DNA of 64,000 nucleotides from Chrysomallon squamiferum (Eukaryota > Animalia > Mollusca), in NCBI GenBank assembly GCA_012295275.1, contig CM022665.1, positions 24,800,001 to 24,864,000 of the forward strand, in the 5' to 3' direction. A program made the position numbers and the translations under genes. Under the pieces are notes generated by a model. That model made no database searches. It saw only the letters and a program-made list of their open reading frames with translations, and was not told where the DNA came from. Position 1 is the stretch's first letter. Each line of letters starts with the position of its first letter. Positions 27,821 to 42,165 of this stretch are shown in pieces.

Positions 27821-27947
27821 CGCGTACTGACAAGAAACAATGAAATGAAAAGTCATTGACCCACGTGCGACATAAAATATTTTCTTTAGTTTGCTATAAA
27901 ATGATGAAATTAGCGTCTTCTTTATTTACTGTTGTAATAAACGGACA
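27821..27947 (+). repeat. Left arm of long inverted repeat (partner 31646-31772)
   Basis: 127 bp, 124/127 identical to the reverse complement of 31646-31772, with the inner 97 bp perfect. Weaker similarity continues outward to ~27734. Confidence 0.95.
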
Positions 27948-28310
27948 CTTCCCAGCGTGACAAATATGTTCTCAATCAGTTCGTGTTGTTTTTCTTTCAG
28001 TCATGCAAGCGATTTGCGTGTGAGTTCCCTGCATTGAGAACGTCCAGGAAAAACGAGTAAATGTTCAAGTCGTGACAACTAAATCGGGTTATTTGAGGCT
28101 GACTGTGCTGGCTTCATTGATGAAGACATTAATATTTGATCAACTAATTTTCCCTTGAAGACATTCAACATGCAAAGCCAACCAATATTTGATGAATGCT
28201 GCGGAGCTTGAAGAACGGAGTAAAACAATAGATACTTAGTGATATTTGTTTAAAAAAGACTTCTTTGTTGTTATTATTATTATTATTAAAAGAGATATAA
28301 CGAAGTACGG

Positions 28311-28440
28311 TAAAGTGCACTTAAGTCGAATAGCTTTTTAATACGATCTTTTTCAGTTTGCATCTGTTTGGTCGATGACGTGTAGGCATAACTTCTACAT
28401 AGGGAAAACTTAAGAGTGAGTTCGACTTAAGTACACTTTA
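28311..28440. mobile_element. 130-bp MITE-like element with 20-bp terminal inverted repeats (Tc1/mariner-pogo-like)
   Basis: TAAAGTGCACTTAAGTCGAA (28311-28330) versus the reverse complement of 28421-28440, TAAAGTGTACTTAAGTCGAA (19/20). The left side is preceded by TACGG, reminiscent of TA-CAGT Tigger ends. The TSD is not intact. Confidence 0.55.
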
Positions 28441-28722
28441 TTTATTTATTTTTATATCTTTTCTTCTTTTTATTTCTTCTTTAACTTTTGCAGGCTGTAG
28501 TCAGTACGTCTTGTAATATTCATAAACTATGTAAATGCTGATATTTTTGCAATGTTATGGACATAAGTTTAATTATACAGATGTGTCTGACTGTGTGTGT
28601 GTGTGTATGTGTGTGTATGCATGTTTGTGTGTGTAAAATAACACAAGCATATCTGGCATGAGAAACATAAGATTTTAATTAGTACAGATAGCGAGAATGA
28701 TATAATTATGCATTGTAAAAGC

Positions 28723-28726
<4 letters not shown>

Positions 28727-28808
<82 letters not shown>
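28727..28808. repeat. (AG)n microsatellite
   Basis: About 41 AG units. Confidence 0.95.
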
Positions 28809-28813
<5 letters not shown>

Positions 28814-29791
28814 TGTGTGTGTATGCGTATGTATGTGTGGAAGACAGACACAAAGAGAGAGAATCAGACTGAAAGCAAAATTGATGACTATTAATAAACA
28901 CACACAAAATTTAATTATTTTCTGGGGTTTTTTTGTTGTTTTTTTCCCTGAAGTTTAACTTTGTTTCCCATTTTCCAAGTCTGCGGCAATAGACAAAAGA
29001 TAAGAAAAATCTTCATTAATTTGTTATGAAGTCGACGTAACTTTTTTATTTTGCAGGTCTAATCTTCTCTTTTAAAAAAAGTATGAGACGCAGTGTACAA
29101 AAATGTAATCAAGTTAGACTGCCCCAAACCTGAACTGTAGATGTCAGTGTACTTTTAATACATTTTAAATCTTAAATTCATTTCTTTCTTTTAAAAAATT
29201 GTTTTCCTGCATAAAATGCTGCTTCTGATAAAATTTTTAAACTTTAGAAAAAAGATTAACAGATTTGATAGCCTTTGGGTATGATATATTTTATTTTTTT
29301 TAATTTCACACAGAAGTTATTCGAGTCATAATATTATTACATCGTGTAAGAGAAAATCTTTCGAAAAGGGGGTTTAATATGAACTTGTGACTTAAGACAT
29401 ATACAATGTACTTTGAATACAACAATACTGTAAATGAATTTAAGGTTTAAATAGTCTTATTATGTGATTAAATCAGTTGATAAAAGTTAGTGTCTGTTGC
29501 TCTTTCAAAATATAACTTATTACATATATTTCTTTTTATCTATACATTTTTCGATTTTCACAGTAAGAAATTTCAAGAAGTCTCTATAGCTGTGGTTCTT
29601 TAAAACCTGCTTATTCTGAAGTCTTTCAGTTTGTGTAAATCATTACCTCGTTGTAGTATTGCTGTTTTTTGTTATTTAACTTTTTTTTTTTTTTTTTTTC
29701 TAAATTGTTGTTATTTTTGGAAATACAGTTATGCTTGAGTAGCTCCGCTCGCAGTTCGAGATTCCATTTCCTCATTCTAAAAAAATGAAAG

Positions 29792-29834
<43 letters not shown>

Positions 29835-29882
29835 AATAATAAAAAAAAAAAAAAAAAAAAAAAATTAAAAAAAAAAAAAAAA

Positions 29883-29932
<50 letters not shown>

Positions 29933-30852
29933 GGTCGTTTCTCCAATGTACTATGAGTTTCATTTCACAGTTCTTGGGTAAACACTATAATGTCCTCTTT
30001 TTCCCCCCACCCCCCTTTTAAACCACATCTCTCACTCTCTTCAAATCAGTGCTGTACGAGATAAATAAAACATGTTCTTATTTTCTTTTATGAGTAGTAT
30101 GATTAGATTGCTTTAACTGCCGTGTAGCGAAAAGTCGTTGTGTGTCCTTCGATATCAAGGCGGCCACCATTGAGGTCTAAACCTGATAACGGCGACGTAA
30201 CAGTCGCCATTTTCTTGTCGCCACCATATGCCAGCTTTACTGTTACCTTCTGTGATCCGTCCCTTCCAGCGAATGAAATCATCGCTGCATTTAGCAGTTG
30301 CTAATACCGAAGTAATGGTAATTTTCAACAGTAAACTACTTCCAACAGCAACCAGTTCCTTATAATGTTTTTGCTTGATGGCAATTCTGTGATAAGATTG
30401 AAACGGACCGATGCGATCTCAAAACATTTTCGCTTTGAACTAGAAATATAATGGCGCGCATAGCTGTCAAAAAATACACTGATTTACAGTACATCGCTAT
30501 GCACATGGCCGATAGTAACATAATTATGTGCACCGGTCTAGCGGTTAACATGTTTTGAAAAGTTCTTCGTATTGCTTAGATTAATTAACTGTTTTGCGGG
30601 AAAGAAATATGACAGTTTTTGTGGAATTCCGCGAGTCGAAGAAACCATCAAAGTGATTGTTTGTAACGACTGGCCGTATTTCATGGATGAAACGCACCAA
30701 TGCAATATCATATACCTGTCAGAGGAGCCAAAATTCTTCAAGTTTTCAAAACAAGTTTAATTTATATTCGTGGTATTGAGTTAATGTCGATATAAGCGCC
30801 GTTACATTAAAACCAGGAATTTTTCTTATTATTTCCATCTAAAATGAATGAG

Positions 30853-30888
<36 letters not shown>

Positions 30889-31645
30889 TCTATATGGTTT
30901 AATTAAGACTATTCTTTTTAAATAAAAGTTAAATAATATAGAGGACAACGAGCCGAATGAGTAGCATCAGACAAGATGAATATTTAGTGCTATAAAGAAA
31001 AATAAATAAATAAATATATTAAAAAATAAATCAAATAAAATAATAATTTTAATTTTTTTTATTATTCCCCAATATATGTGTGTATATAGATAGATAGATA
31101 GATATAATTTAATAAAATAAATAAATAACTAAATAAATAAATAATATTTTTATTTATGCCTCAATTCATTTATAAAACAAGACATCATTTATTTGAGAAA
31201 ATATAAGAAATTTACATTTATCGTGTACGCTTCTTTGAACATTTTCAGTTCATATACACGTACATTGCATTTGAAATCGTAATTACAGCCTCCAAAACTG
31301 TGACCATCATTATTATTGCCATCGCCTTCACTAAGACACTTTCCATCATTGTTTGCATTTCCAGACAGACATAAGTCTTTAATTTTCTTCCAAAACAAAA
31401 GTTTCTGAAGATAATAGTATTTTGTATAAAATAATTACTACAGACTGGCAAAAATAAAATGAAGTGTATCGGTTACAGTTCAGGTTATTTTTGTACGGCA
31501 AAGATATATGTGTTTTGTCATTTAAATAAATACGAAACTGTAGAAGTTTAAGAGATTCACTTGGTTTTGTGATAACTGATGTGTCCAAGTGGCAGAAATA
31601 GTTTTACCTCGTACTGAAGAATCACACGGTAGTTATGAAATACTC

Positions 31646-31772
31646 TGTCCGTTTATTACAACAGTAAATAAAGAAGACGCTAATTTCATCATTTTATAGC
31701 AAACTAAAGAAAATATTTTATGTCGCACGTGGGTCAATGACTCTTCATTTCATTGTTTCTCGTCAGTAGGCG
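31646..31772 (-). repeat. Right arm of long inverted repeat (partner 27821-27947)
   Basis: Aligned by hand with 3 mismatches, all in the outer 30 bp. Weaker similarity continues outward to ~31891. Confidence 0.95.
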
Positions 31773-31891
31773 CTATATTTCTGGGACACATTAATATATA
31801 ACTTTCTGATTTATATGTGCACGCATGCGTGTATATTTATGTAGCCATTTGTATGTGTATGTTTGTGTGTGTGTGTGTGTGTGTGTGCACG

Positions 31892-31923
<32 letters not shown>

Positions 31924-34900
31924 GTATGTGTTTGTATGTATGCATGTATATATGCTTCTTTGTATGTATGTACAGAAATAAGAAAGTATGTATATATATT
32001 TTAGTTGTTGTTGTGTAGACAGATGACTGTCTATCAGAAGTAAGTTTACATTGTGCATAAATTCATCTTTCAAGACCTTATACTCTATCTTAACGGCGTT
32101 GCAATTTTCAAAAAATGTTGTAAGTATAAAAAAGTATTGTAGTAATTATTCCTGTCACTTTGAGATAGCACGATGCACACTGTCAGAAAATCTAAGTCCA
32201 CGCCTACAATTATCTCTCAGCAAGATAAGCAGCGGTACTTGAGACCAGTTCACAAATCAAATTGCTCGACTCTTCAGATCGTATCATTTGTTCTTTTCTT
32301 CTTCTTCATTTTCCTCCTTTTTTCAAAAATATGTTTCCAGAAATGGTTTTCTTCATCATTATCTTTTGTTTCGAATTCAGCTTCAGCGCCATCGTTTAAA
32401 GACGGCGGCACTGACATTAATTGTTTCTTTACCACCTTCGTCTTTTTCTTTTCTTTTCTTTTTTTTTTTTTTAAAAGAAGAAAAAAGAGGTTATCGGAAG
32501 AGAACTGGGTCTGTGTAGATCGTTTGATAAGCGGCACCTGCTGAGCTAGATAGGGTTAGGTGGGCTGCTGTTACGACTGTTGATGAGTCTTACGCGAAAC
32601 AAACGCGCTAATTAAGATGTTCATGCATGCATGTGCGCATATTTCGCTTAATAAAGGTGGCTTCGTCGAGGGAGGTAATCGTTTAACGGTATTTTTCTTC
32701 GTCTTATCCGGAAGGAAAATCTTAGATGCATTTACAGATACAATAATCTTTCCCTAAGCGTATAAAGAAAAAGAAAAGCGGGCACAATGGTTTACGTCAT
32801 CGGCTTAATGCTTGCGAGCTGAAGTTTCTATTTTTATTCCGTATTCAAGTTCAACATTTGTGTGTGATAATAGATGTGATACGGCCATCGTTTTATTCGG
32901 TATGGTGTCGTGATTGTTGTGTTGTCTTTGTGACTGTTTTATTTTAGTCTCATCTTTCATTTTTTTTCGTTTCCGTTTTTTTTTAAACTTAACAGAAATG
33001 TCATTCTTTATACTAGAAGAATGGAGTTTGATTGAAACTGGTGCAAATGCATTGTATTTCTATTTAATTGTTTGTTCGTATTAATTCTATTTGCTGTATT
33101 CTTCGTCTACTCCGACACAGAATATGAATAATATATTTAATAATCAGTATTTTATATTTGAGGAACCACATATTTTTTTTTATTAATTGCATGTTCCATA
33201 TATTGCTATTTTCATCATTATAATATTATGACTACTACAACTACTGCTACTATTCTACTATTCTATTACTGCTATTACTACTACTACAGCTGCTGCTATT
33301 ATTATTCTACTAATACTACCGCAATACTACTCTACTACTGCTATTACTACTAGTACTACAACTGCTTTACTACCATCTACCACTACTACCACTACTACAT
33401 CTACTATTACTCTACTGCTACTGATACTACTGCAACTACTATTACTGCTACTACCACCACTACTGCAGTTATAGCCGTTGTTAATATTATTACATATAAA
33501 AATGCTTTCAAAAAACAAAACCACACACATACACACAAATAAATAAAATCCCATCTCATACAATCACTTCCAGCGCACCATACCACACTAACCAAATTGT
33601 TTAAAATCTGATATTGACACTGATGTTCTCCTTAAAGATTCCATCTCAGATAACCATCTGTAACTCGCACATTTTTCTACTTTCATTGGATTCGGATAGC
33701 AGTAATTGTTAATTATAGCGGAGCACCAAAGATCAAAGTTGGTTCACGATCCTATTATACGGTCTGTCATTGAAGCCGTGTTTTGAGACATCTCATAATG
33801 TAACGTATGATTTAGAACAGCAGATAGCTCGTATTTTATCAGTTTCATCTCGATCACAGCAACTTGTTGGTTAGTGTTTGTTTTCTTCTCTTCCCCCCCC
33901 CCCTTTTAAATAATAACAATGATAATAATAATGATAATAATAATAAAAAAAAAAAAAAAAGTCTTGTTTGTTTTTCTACTCTGGAAAGGCTGTTTCATTT
34001 CAGAGTCGTTGCACACACTACAGGAAACAAGATATAAAGTTCCGTGGCATATTTATGAAGTGTTATGTCCTTAGCGAGATATTTTCACGTTACAGCGTTG
34101 ACGTATGGTCAATCTTCGAATTACATGGACATTTATTTATCTGTTGTGTTTGAGGTGGTTGCAACAGGAGATCACCAGAGGAGAGATGACTTCACGATCA
34201 ATCCTTATGACGTCGCGCAGTGAATTACTTCCCGGTCTAACACTGTATTACCATTTACATACCTCTAGTTGTGTTAAGTTATTTATTATTTTTTGAATAT
34301 ATTTTTGATTGATTATTATTAATAATAATAATAATAATAATAATAAATATTTTTAAATGTATCGTCTTGTTAATAAAGCATATTGGTGAGGGAAGGCTTT
34401 CTTTGTTGGTATATAAAAACTCGTAGAATTATTTCACGCCAAATATTATAAACTGTAATATAATTTTATAAATATTCGATGAGAGATTCGTTAATTCATT
34501 ATCCACTGTATTAGTGTAGGAATTCTACCTTGAGGTGAAATGTCTAGTTTATTCTTCTGTTAGACATGGTTGTGCAAATATTTACAAGATTTAACCCTGT
34601 TGACGCTTGTTATTGTGTTATTATCAGTTTATTTATCGTTTTACATTATAATGCATACTGAATTTACATAATAATAACGTGAGTATTTATTATACTATTC
34701 TTGTTTTTGATTTTTCTTATTTAGATATACATACTCGAAGCATTTTAAATTCTAACCTGACATAATGTAATAATTAGAATACAAAAGTTACAAAGTGAAT
34801 AAAGTTGTACCAACAACATCAATAATAACACTGGTAATAACAAAAATAATAATAACGATAACAACAATAGCAGTAACAGTAACAATAACAATAATAATAA

Positions 34901-35674
34901 CAATGATAACAATAACAACAACAACAACAACAATAATAATAATAACAAAAATAATAAAGATAACAACAACAATAAAAAATAAAAAATAATAATAGCATTA
35001 AAAATAATAACGATACAACAATGATAAAAATAATAATAACGACAACAATAACGGTAATAATAATAATAATAATAATAACAATAACAACAACAATATCAAC
35101 AATAACGATGACAAAACAGTAATGATAATAATAATCATAATAATAATACATATAATAATAACACATAACAAGCAATATCTCTTTTACATTTGTACTCTGT
35201 GTTACCCAACCACTCTGTAAAATATTAAGATGTGTTATTTTTAATACAGTATTATTTACACTGAGATAAGATCGACTGCCAGAGAAACAGATGGATTAGC
35301 TGGATATGGACGAAATTAATTTCGCTCACATGATATATAATTCATATACTGAGATTCGTCTTTGTTATTACGCAATGGAATTTTTAAATAAGTTTTTTTT
35401 TTTTTTTTTTTTTTTTTTGTTTTTTTTTGCTTATTCAGATTAGTGTGCCCTTTATGTAATATCATAGTGTAGTGACTTCTTTTTAGGATATTCACATGAC
35501 TTTGCAATTCTTGGACTGCTTATGTCGGTTAATAGTTACTGAAGAATTAAAACAAAAACAACACAACAACAACAAGTAGAAGAAACAAAGAACTGAAAAA
35601 CAGCAAAGGTTTAAATAATTTGTAAAAGTCTAGCACTACGGTTTAAATACAAAAAGAATACGTTTATGTATTTC

Positions 35675-35845
35675 TGCATGTATGTATATATATGTATGTA
35701 TGCATGCATGTATGTATGTATATATGTATGCATGCATGCATGTATGTATGTATGTATGTATGTATGTATGTATGTATGCATGTATGTATGTATATATGTA
35801 TGCATGCATGTATGTATGTGTGTCTGTATGTACGTACGTACACAT
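35675..35845. repeat. Compound (ATGT)n/(ATGC)n microsatellite
   Basis: Directly visible; source of the MYVC/HTYI pseudo-ORFs. Confidence 0.9.
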
Positions 35846-36153
35846 GAATGCATATCTAGTCGAATGCATGCAAGAATTTATACTTGTACAGACAGTTTCT
35901 AAATAAAGGCTGAATTTTAAAGGTTAACAATCACGTAGGTCGAACTAACTTGAATGAGTTAAAAATATAAGAAAATATTGTTTAAATATCTCAAGTCTAT
36001 AACTTATTTTCGGTTCTGCGTTGTTTAAACTGAATCTCGCAGTTTAAAAAAAAAAAAATAAATAAATAAAAAATAAAAATAGAGCGTGGGTTGTTTATTA
36101 ATGGATTAATGATGACAGATTCACGAACAGAACGTGGTGATTGTAAACTAATC

Positions 36154-36335
36154 CAGTGATTCTCAAACTGATTCGATGTCATTCACCCACCAGTCTTTAT
36201 TACAAAGTTTCTTTGGACCGGTGACTAAATTTCCTTATATTTTTTTATAATTTCTGTCTCTAGTTTCATTCGTTCGAAAAACAATTTCATTCACCTTTTG
36301 GGTGAACAATTCACCGAATATTTGAGAAACCACTG
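36154..36335. mobile_element. 182-bp hAT (Charlie-like) MITE
   Basis: Left end CAGTGATTCTCAAAC..ATTCG..TTCACCCA. The right end reverse complement is CAGTGGTTTCTCAAAT.ATTCGG..TTCACCCA. CAGTGGTTCTCAA is the typical hAT-Charlie terminus. Flanks AACTAATC / AATAATC form a degenerate 8-bp target-site duplication. Confidence 0.65.
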
Positions 36336-37916
36336 AATAATCAAAGACGACGATGACACGACCCAATACACTAACCTGAAGTCATAAGTACACGGCAGGT
36401 TATAAACTATATATATATATATATATTCTTCTGTGGTTCAACAACCTGGAAAACGTGTTGAAAGGCACACAAAACATACGGCCGTATATTCGATTACCTG
36501 AAGCGATCTCTAGAAAAAAAAAAAAAAAAAAAAAAAAATATGAAGAAAAAAGTGGTGGCACGGAATAACACTACAGACGAAATGTTTCATGAATGATTGG
36601 AATCAGCGAAGGGAGCCTCCTGCCGGCTATCTAATAGCTGCTAAGTGTTAGACGTAGCCATCGCCACAGTTAATGTTTTCCTAACAAAAACATACTAGAG
36701 GGAAACTGAAGACCAGTCAAGCACTTAAATCTGTTTGCATAAAAACCTAAAACTTTCAGAAAGAGGAAAGAATTAGCAGCAGAAGAGAACTCGATATCTT
36801 AGCAGAACAAATCATGGTAGGTAAAGAAACATTTGGCGGTTTTGAAGGCTCGGTTTGTCTCTCGATGTTTCCTTCGTCAGTAAAACATAATTATAAGAGA
36901 TAAATGTCACCGTAGGATTTAGCACAAATGTTCAAGATTATAATTATATATTGGACAGAAGATCTAAGAGAAAAAAAAAATTAATTTTTTTTTTTATGGA
37001 ATGTGTGTGTTTATGTGTGTTTTTGTGAGGTAGATAGATCGATCCATCGATATATAGATAAATAGACAGAGAGAGAAAAAGAGAGAGAGAGAGGGAAGAA
37101 GAGAGAGAGAGAGAGAAAAGAGAGAGAAAGATGAAGAGAGAGAGATGAAAGATAATGAGAAGATGAGGGAGTAACAGATAGAAAATGGGTGTAGTGTGAA
37201 AAGCTTTAGGAAGAGAGAAGGAGAAATAATGAAAGTCTTCTGAAGATAACGAAGAATAAAGAGAATGCGATAACAACAGACAGGGAGAGCAAATTTGTGA
37301 GAGATAGTGAGAACGAGATAACACAGCAGACAGGCTGAATGAGATAATGGAAAAACATACTAATCACAAATGTGAAGAGAATGAACACACATACACACAA
37401 ACACACACACACACACACACACACGCGCACACATACTCACACACACACTGACACACACATAAACATACATGCACATTCGCTAATAATGTTGATTAGCGTG
37501 GCTCCTGTTTTGACGCTACTTACGCTATTTACAGAATTAAGTGTAAAATTATTATATGTAAAACAACTCCTGGTAATGCAATAGATGACAGAATAACAAA
37601 TTCACACACATAAGAAAAGAAAAAAAGAAAAAAACAGAAAGAAAACATCAGTGGACAGACCCAGATCTCAATCCCATATTTGTTATTGTTAAATTATTTA
37701 TTTATTTTTGAAATAAATCTCTTAAAGATTTCTCTGAAGGCGTTATAAACACATTAATTACAATAAATATTTACTTACTCCCACTACTTTCGTCAAGAAA
37801 AAAAAAAAAAGAAGAAGGTAATAATAATAAATAAAATAAACAGAAAATTAACGGAAATTATTCACGCCTTCTTAAACAACGTCAGGGCAATCGGATTAAG
37901 GCACAAATTAGACTAA

Positions 37917-37954
<38 letters not shown>

Positions 37955-38429
37955 CGACACACTCACAGTGCGTTCATAACGGGTCCTATCTCATGCAGAT
38001 TACTTGGAAAATTTGACGAAAATACGTTTAGAGAAAACAAAAAGACATGGCTGAATGTACTCGTTCCCCTAACCCCGACTGAGCGCTAACGAGTCCGTTA
38101 CATGCAAGACATTGGGTCACTCAGTAATGGTAGCTAATTGTTCTTATTTTTCCCGCCGAAAGCTTCTTAATAATTGACAACTGTCGATTAAAAATGCCAT
38201 GTTGGGGAGCTGCCACCATGCAGTAAAATTCTGCTGGTGTTGTCAGTGCAGCATTCCTTGACGCTGATCGAAGATTCTGTTAGTTGTTTTATTTGCGAAG
38301 AGAAATCAATAATTGAGATATCACTGGAAGGATGATCGAAGTGTTTTTTTTTTGTCTGTTTGTTTTTTGTTTTATTTAATTTAATTTTTGTTTTGGTTTG
38401 GGTTTTTTTTGTTAAATTTACTTATTTAT

Positions 38430-38456
38430 TATTATTTATTATTATTATTATTATTA

Positions 38457-38536
<80 letters not shown>
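38430..38536. repeat. (ATT)n microsatellite
   Basis: Directly visible, with a register shift near 38460. Confidence 0.93.
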
Positions 38537-38537
<1 letters not shown>

Positions 38538-39534
38538 TTTATTTTATTTTTTATTATTTTATTTTATTTTATAAATTAAAATAGTAATATATTACGTAAT
38601 ATCTTTCTTTGGAAAGTGGAATGTTTTAATGTTCGTGTCACTTACCTTTTTTTTTAATTATTGTTATTATTTTTTCTGCTTTTATAATAATTAATATTAT
38701 TGTACTGTTGTTGTTGTTATTACTTTTCGTTAGTTCCTTCACCAGAATCACAATTGTTTATTTATTTTTAAATTTAAACCCGATTATTGTAACAAAACTG
38801 TTTAGAACAAATGCCGTGCACTCAAAAACAAAGAAACCAACAAATAATGAGCAAAATTCAAAGAAAATAATAATAATAATAATAATAATAATAACTGCAA
38901 CAGTAATAAAAACTAATAGTAGTTGAGGTGATGGTGGTAGTAGTGGTGATGTAGTGTTAGCAATAAACATAGTAGAAGTAAATGAATGAATACATTAATT
39001 AATGAACTCACAAATAAATTTTCACAAATACCTCCACATTCTTAGTCTACATAGGCATAGCTTAATCTGTGAAACAGAAAAGAAAAAGAAGAAGAAAAAA
39101 AAAAAAATTCTGAAGAGAGAGAAAAACCACATAAAAACAAAAATTTAAACCAAAAAATTCATATTGGGCGACTTCTACAACAAAAACATTCTTTGTTCGT
39201 TCAATTTAATTACTTGTCCGATAAAGTAAATCAGATCCCGGGTCCAACAACACTTCTTCAAAGAGAGCTGCATGTTTTCAGCAGCGCTGGCATGCCAAAA
39301 TGTGTTGCCCTTCCAACCAAAGGCCGCGCAAAGAGGCAACCTTCACAAGACTTAGCAAGTCTTTCAACAGTGTTTGATCCCATTATTGCTCAAGGTCGGT
39401 GAAGTGTAACATACAGGTGCCGTTGACAGTATCAGATACAGACAGACATTTACGTGTATCAATGCAAAGGTCAAACGATATTATTGTAAAACGAAGATGA
39501 ATGGGAGGTTATTAGATAGGCTAGTATATTTTGG

Positions 39535-39567
<33 letters not shown>

Positions 39568-39845
39568 TTGTTGTTATTGTTGTTGTTTGTGTTGTTGTTA
39601 TTATTGTCATTATCATTCTTCTTCTAATCATTATTATTTTGTTGTTATTGTTTTGATTGTTGTTGTTATTATCATTATTATTACTGGGGTGTGTGTGAGA
39701 TTAGTGAAACTACATGATTATAATTGTTATAGATGGGAAAAGAATGATGTGTAAAATATATGAATTACTTTAGTTTTGTAAATGAAGATTAGATTACAGG
39801 TTTCAACTGAATGACAAAAAGAAAAAACAAATTATAAAGAATTTA

Positions 39846-39897
<52 letters not shown>

Positions 39898-41727
39898 TAA
39901 CCACAGATGACTTCCCACATCTAAAATTATTTCATCTGTAAAAGAAAGGACAAATTATCCGCTCCTTTGGGAAGAATGCATGCCATGCACGAAGTCCAGG
40001 AAATCAAATTCTCGTCGCGTTATTACAAAGGACATCCGTGTTGTTTTTACAAATATGATCAGTTTCATTTGTTAATCCGCTCATCATTGTCAGACAGGAA
40101 AACCAACAACACACAGGTGTTGTCTTTTAGTGTCAAACACTGTCAGTTACACCACGTGATCTTAGTTAACACAGAGAGAGGATTATTCATCCGGCAGGTT
40201 TCCTGGGAAGAGGCACAGTCGATTTTCCCCCTATTTTATATATATATATATATACATATGTGTGTATGTGTGTGTGTTTTATTCTTGAATATCTTATCAT
40301 CCAAAATGATGACATTCTCTCAAAGGCTTTTGTTCTGTTTTCATCTCTTTAATTTTTTCTCTTTTTTTTTTAAATTTTATTTTCTTGTTGCTTTTCATCT
40401 ATTGGTCCTTGTGTTTTCGAAGCTGCCCCTTCGATCCCCCCCCCTTACCTAAAGAGTCCCCATGGTGATTGAAGTATATATTTGAATAGCTGCCAGGTCT
40501 TTCTATAACATAATTAGTTACGTACTCAAAATAGAAAACCTTCCCAGTAACATTTATATGATATTCCATGACCGTAACCTGGGCAAGTTTAGCAAAAGTA
40601 ATTACTCCAAAGAACTTTTAAAATTACTAACTTCATGTACATTTAATCCGACAAAATGCATCCAAATTCGAGATATCTCTTATTCTGGACATTTTAGAAT
40701 AGTTAAAAGACGCTGTGTATTATTAATTATTATGGCTACATATAGAGGTCAACTTCCATATTGTTTCCAAAGGCGGAGTATGCTAAAACTAACAACCCCC
40801 ACCTTTTTTCTTCTTCTTCTTCTTTTTTTAAGTTTCATCCATGTTCCCTATCTTTGTTTATGCTTGATGTATAATGATCTACAGTTAACATGCAGCTATC
40901 AAGAGCTAGGAATGTCTTGGTGTTGAATATTTAATGAAATCATGTCTGAGGTAAAGTTATCTTTGTTTGTGGCAGCTAAATTAATGACCCGCAAGTGAAA
41001 AATATTTGTTTGTGTATATGACACTGAGTCTGGCAGAAAGGTTTAAATGGAAAAAATAAAATAGAATAAAATGATGTAAAATAAAATAAAATGAAGTAAA
41101 ATAAAATTGCTAGTTTTAGCCACCTTTTGTATAATGTAGCGGAGGGTAACAATAAAGCTGTACATCATTTCTTACTACTACAATTGCGTGATTATGACAT
41201 CAACAACCAGGTTGCTTTGCTACCTAGTGGAGTAACTTTTTGTTTCGATGTTACATAATATTCCATTGCTGACTGTAAAGTAAGTCATTTTCTTTTCAAA
41301 TTAGGTAATTACTAATGCATTTTTACTGCTTTCTTTTTAACTCAGATGTGTACGAACACAATCACACAATCACACATTCACACTCACACACATATATGTA
41401 TATCCATATCTATATATGTATATGTATATGTATATTTATATCTATATATCTATATCTATATATACAAACACTTAGATAGATGCACACAATACAGATGTAT
41501 GTACACTGGCCTAAATATATACATAATTATACGCATACGTAATCCACACATACATAGATATACAGATGCCTACATGCATCCACACATATGACATACATAG
41601 ATACAGACATACACAGATAAATGAACATACATGCCGTGCATATACATATACGTGATCTTACATACATACACACACATACGTACGTATACACAGACACGCA
41701 CCTCTCTAGCTACGTACGCTCAGAGAG

Positions 41728-41772
<45 letters not shown>

Positions 41773-42123
41773 CACAGAGACGTGTGTCTTGCTTCAAACT
41801 GATTAAGATTTTAAAGCAAGGTTTTCGTGATAGCTAAAGTAGGTTTTAATGCGTCTAAACAACTCTGGCGCGATATCGTGGCAGGAAATCTTTGACGTCT
41901 AATTCGTATCAAATTATACCGATACTTGCTTCTGACACCGACAAATAGAAACGACGTCGCTGCCAACTACGCACACACTTACATGTCGAGGTGGCACCGC
42001 AAAACTAGTTTTTTAATTAGTAAAAGTGGGAAAAAGAAGATATTTACATACCTCGGTGGCTGGAGCATTTAGTGACGAAATACAAACAAGGGAGAAATTG
42101 CTTAGTATCGTAGTAGTGGTTGT

Positions 42124-42165
<42 letters not shown>

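Noticed and set aside
28001-28019. 19-nt plus-strand micro-exon (tttctttcag|TCATGCAAGCGATTTGCGT|gtgagt) just inside the left inverted-repeat arm
   Set aside because: The splice signals look good, but it is not a multiple of three and no partner exons could be found; unsupported without RNA data.
27948-31645. Autonomous transposon between the long inverted repeats
   Set aside because: There is no transposase-like ORF or remnant and no TSD, and the interior looks like ordinary host DNA with microsatellites.
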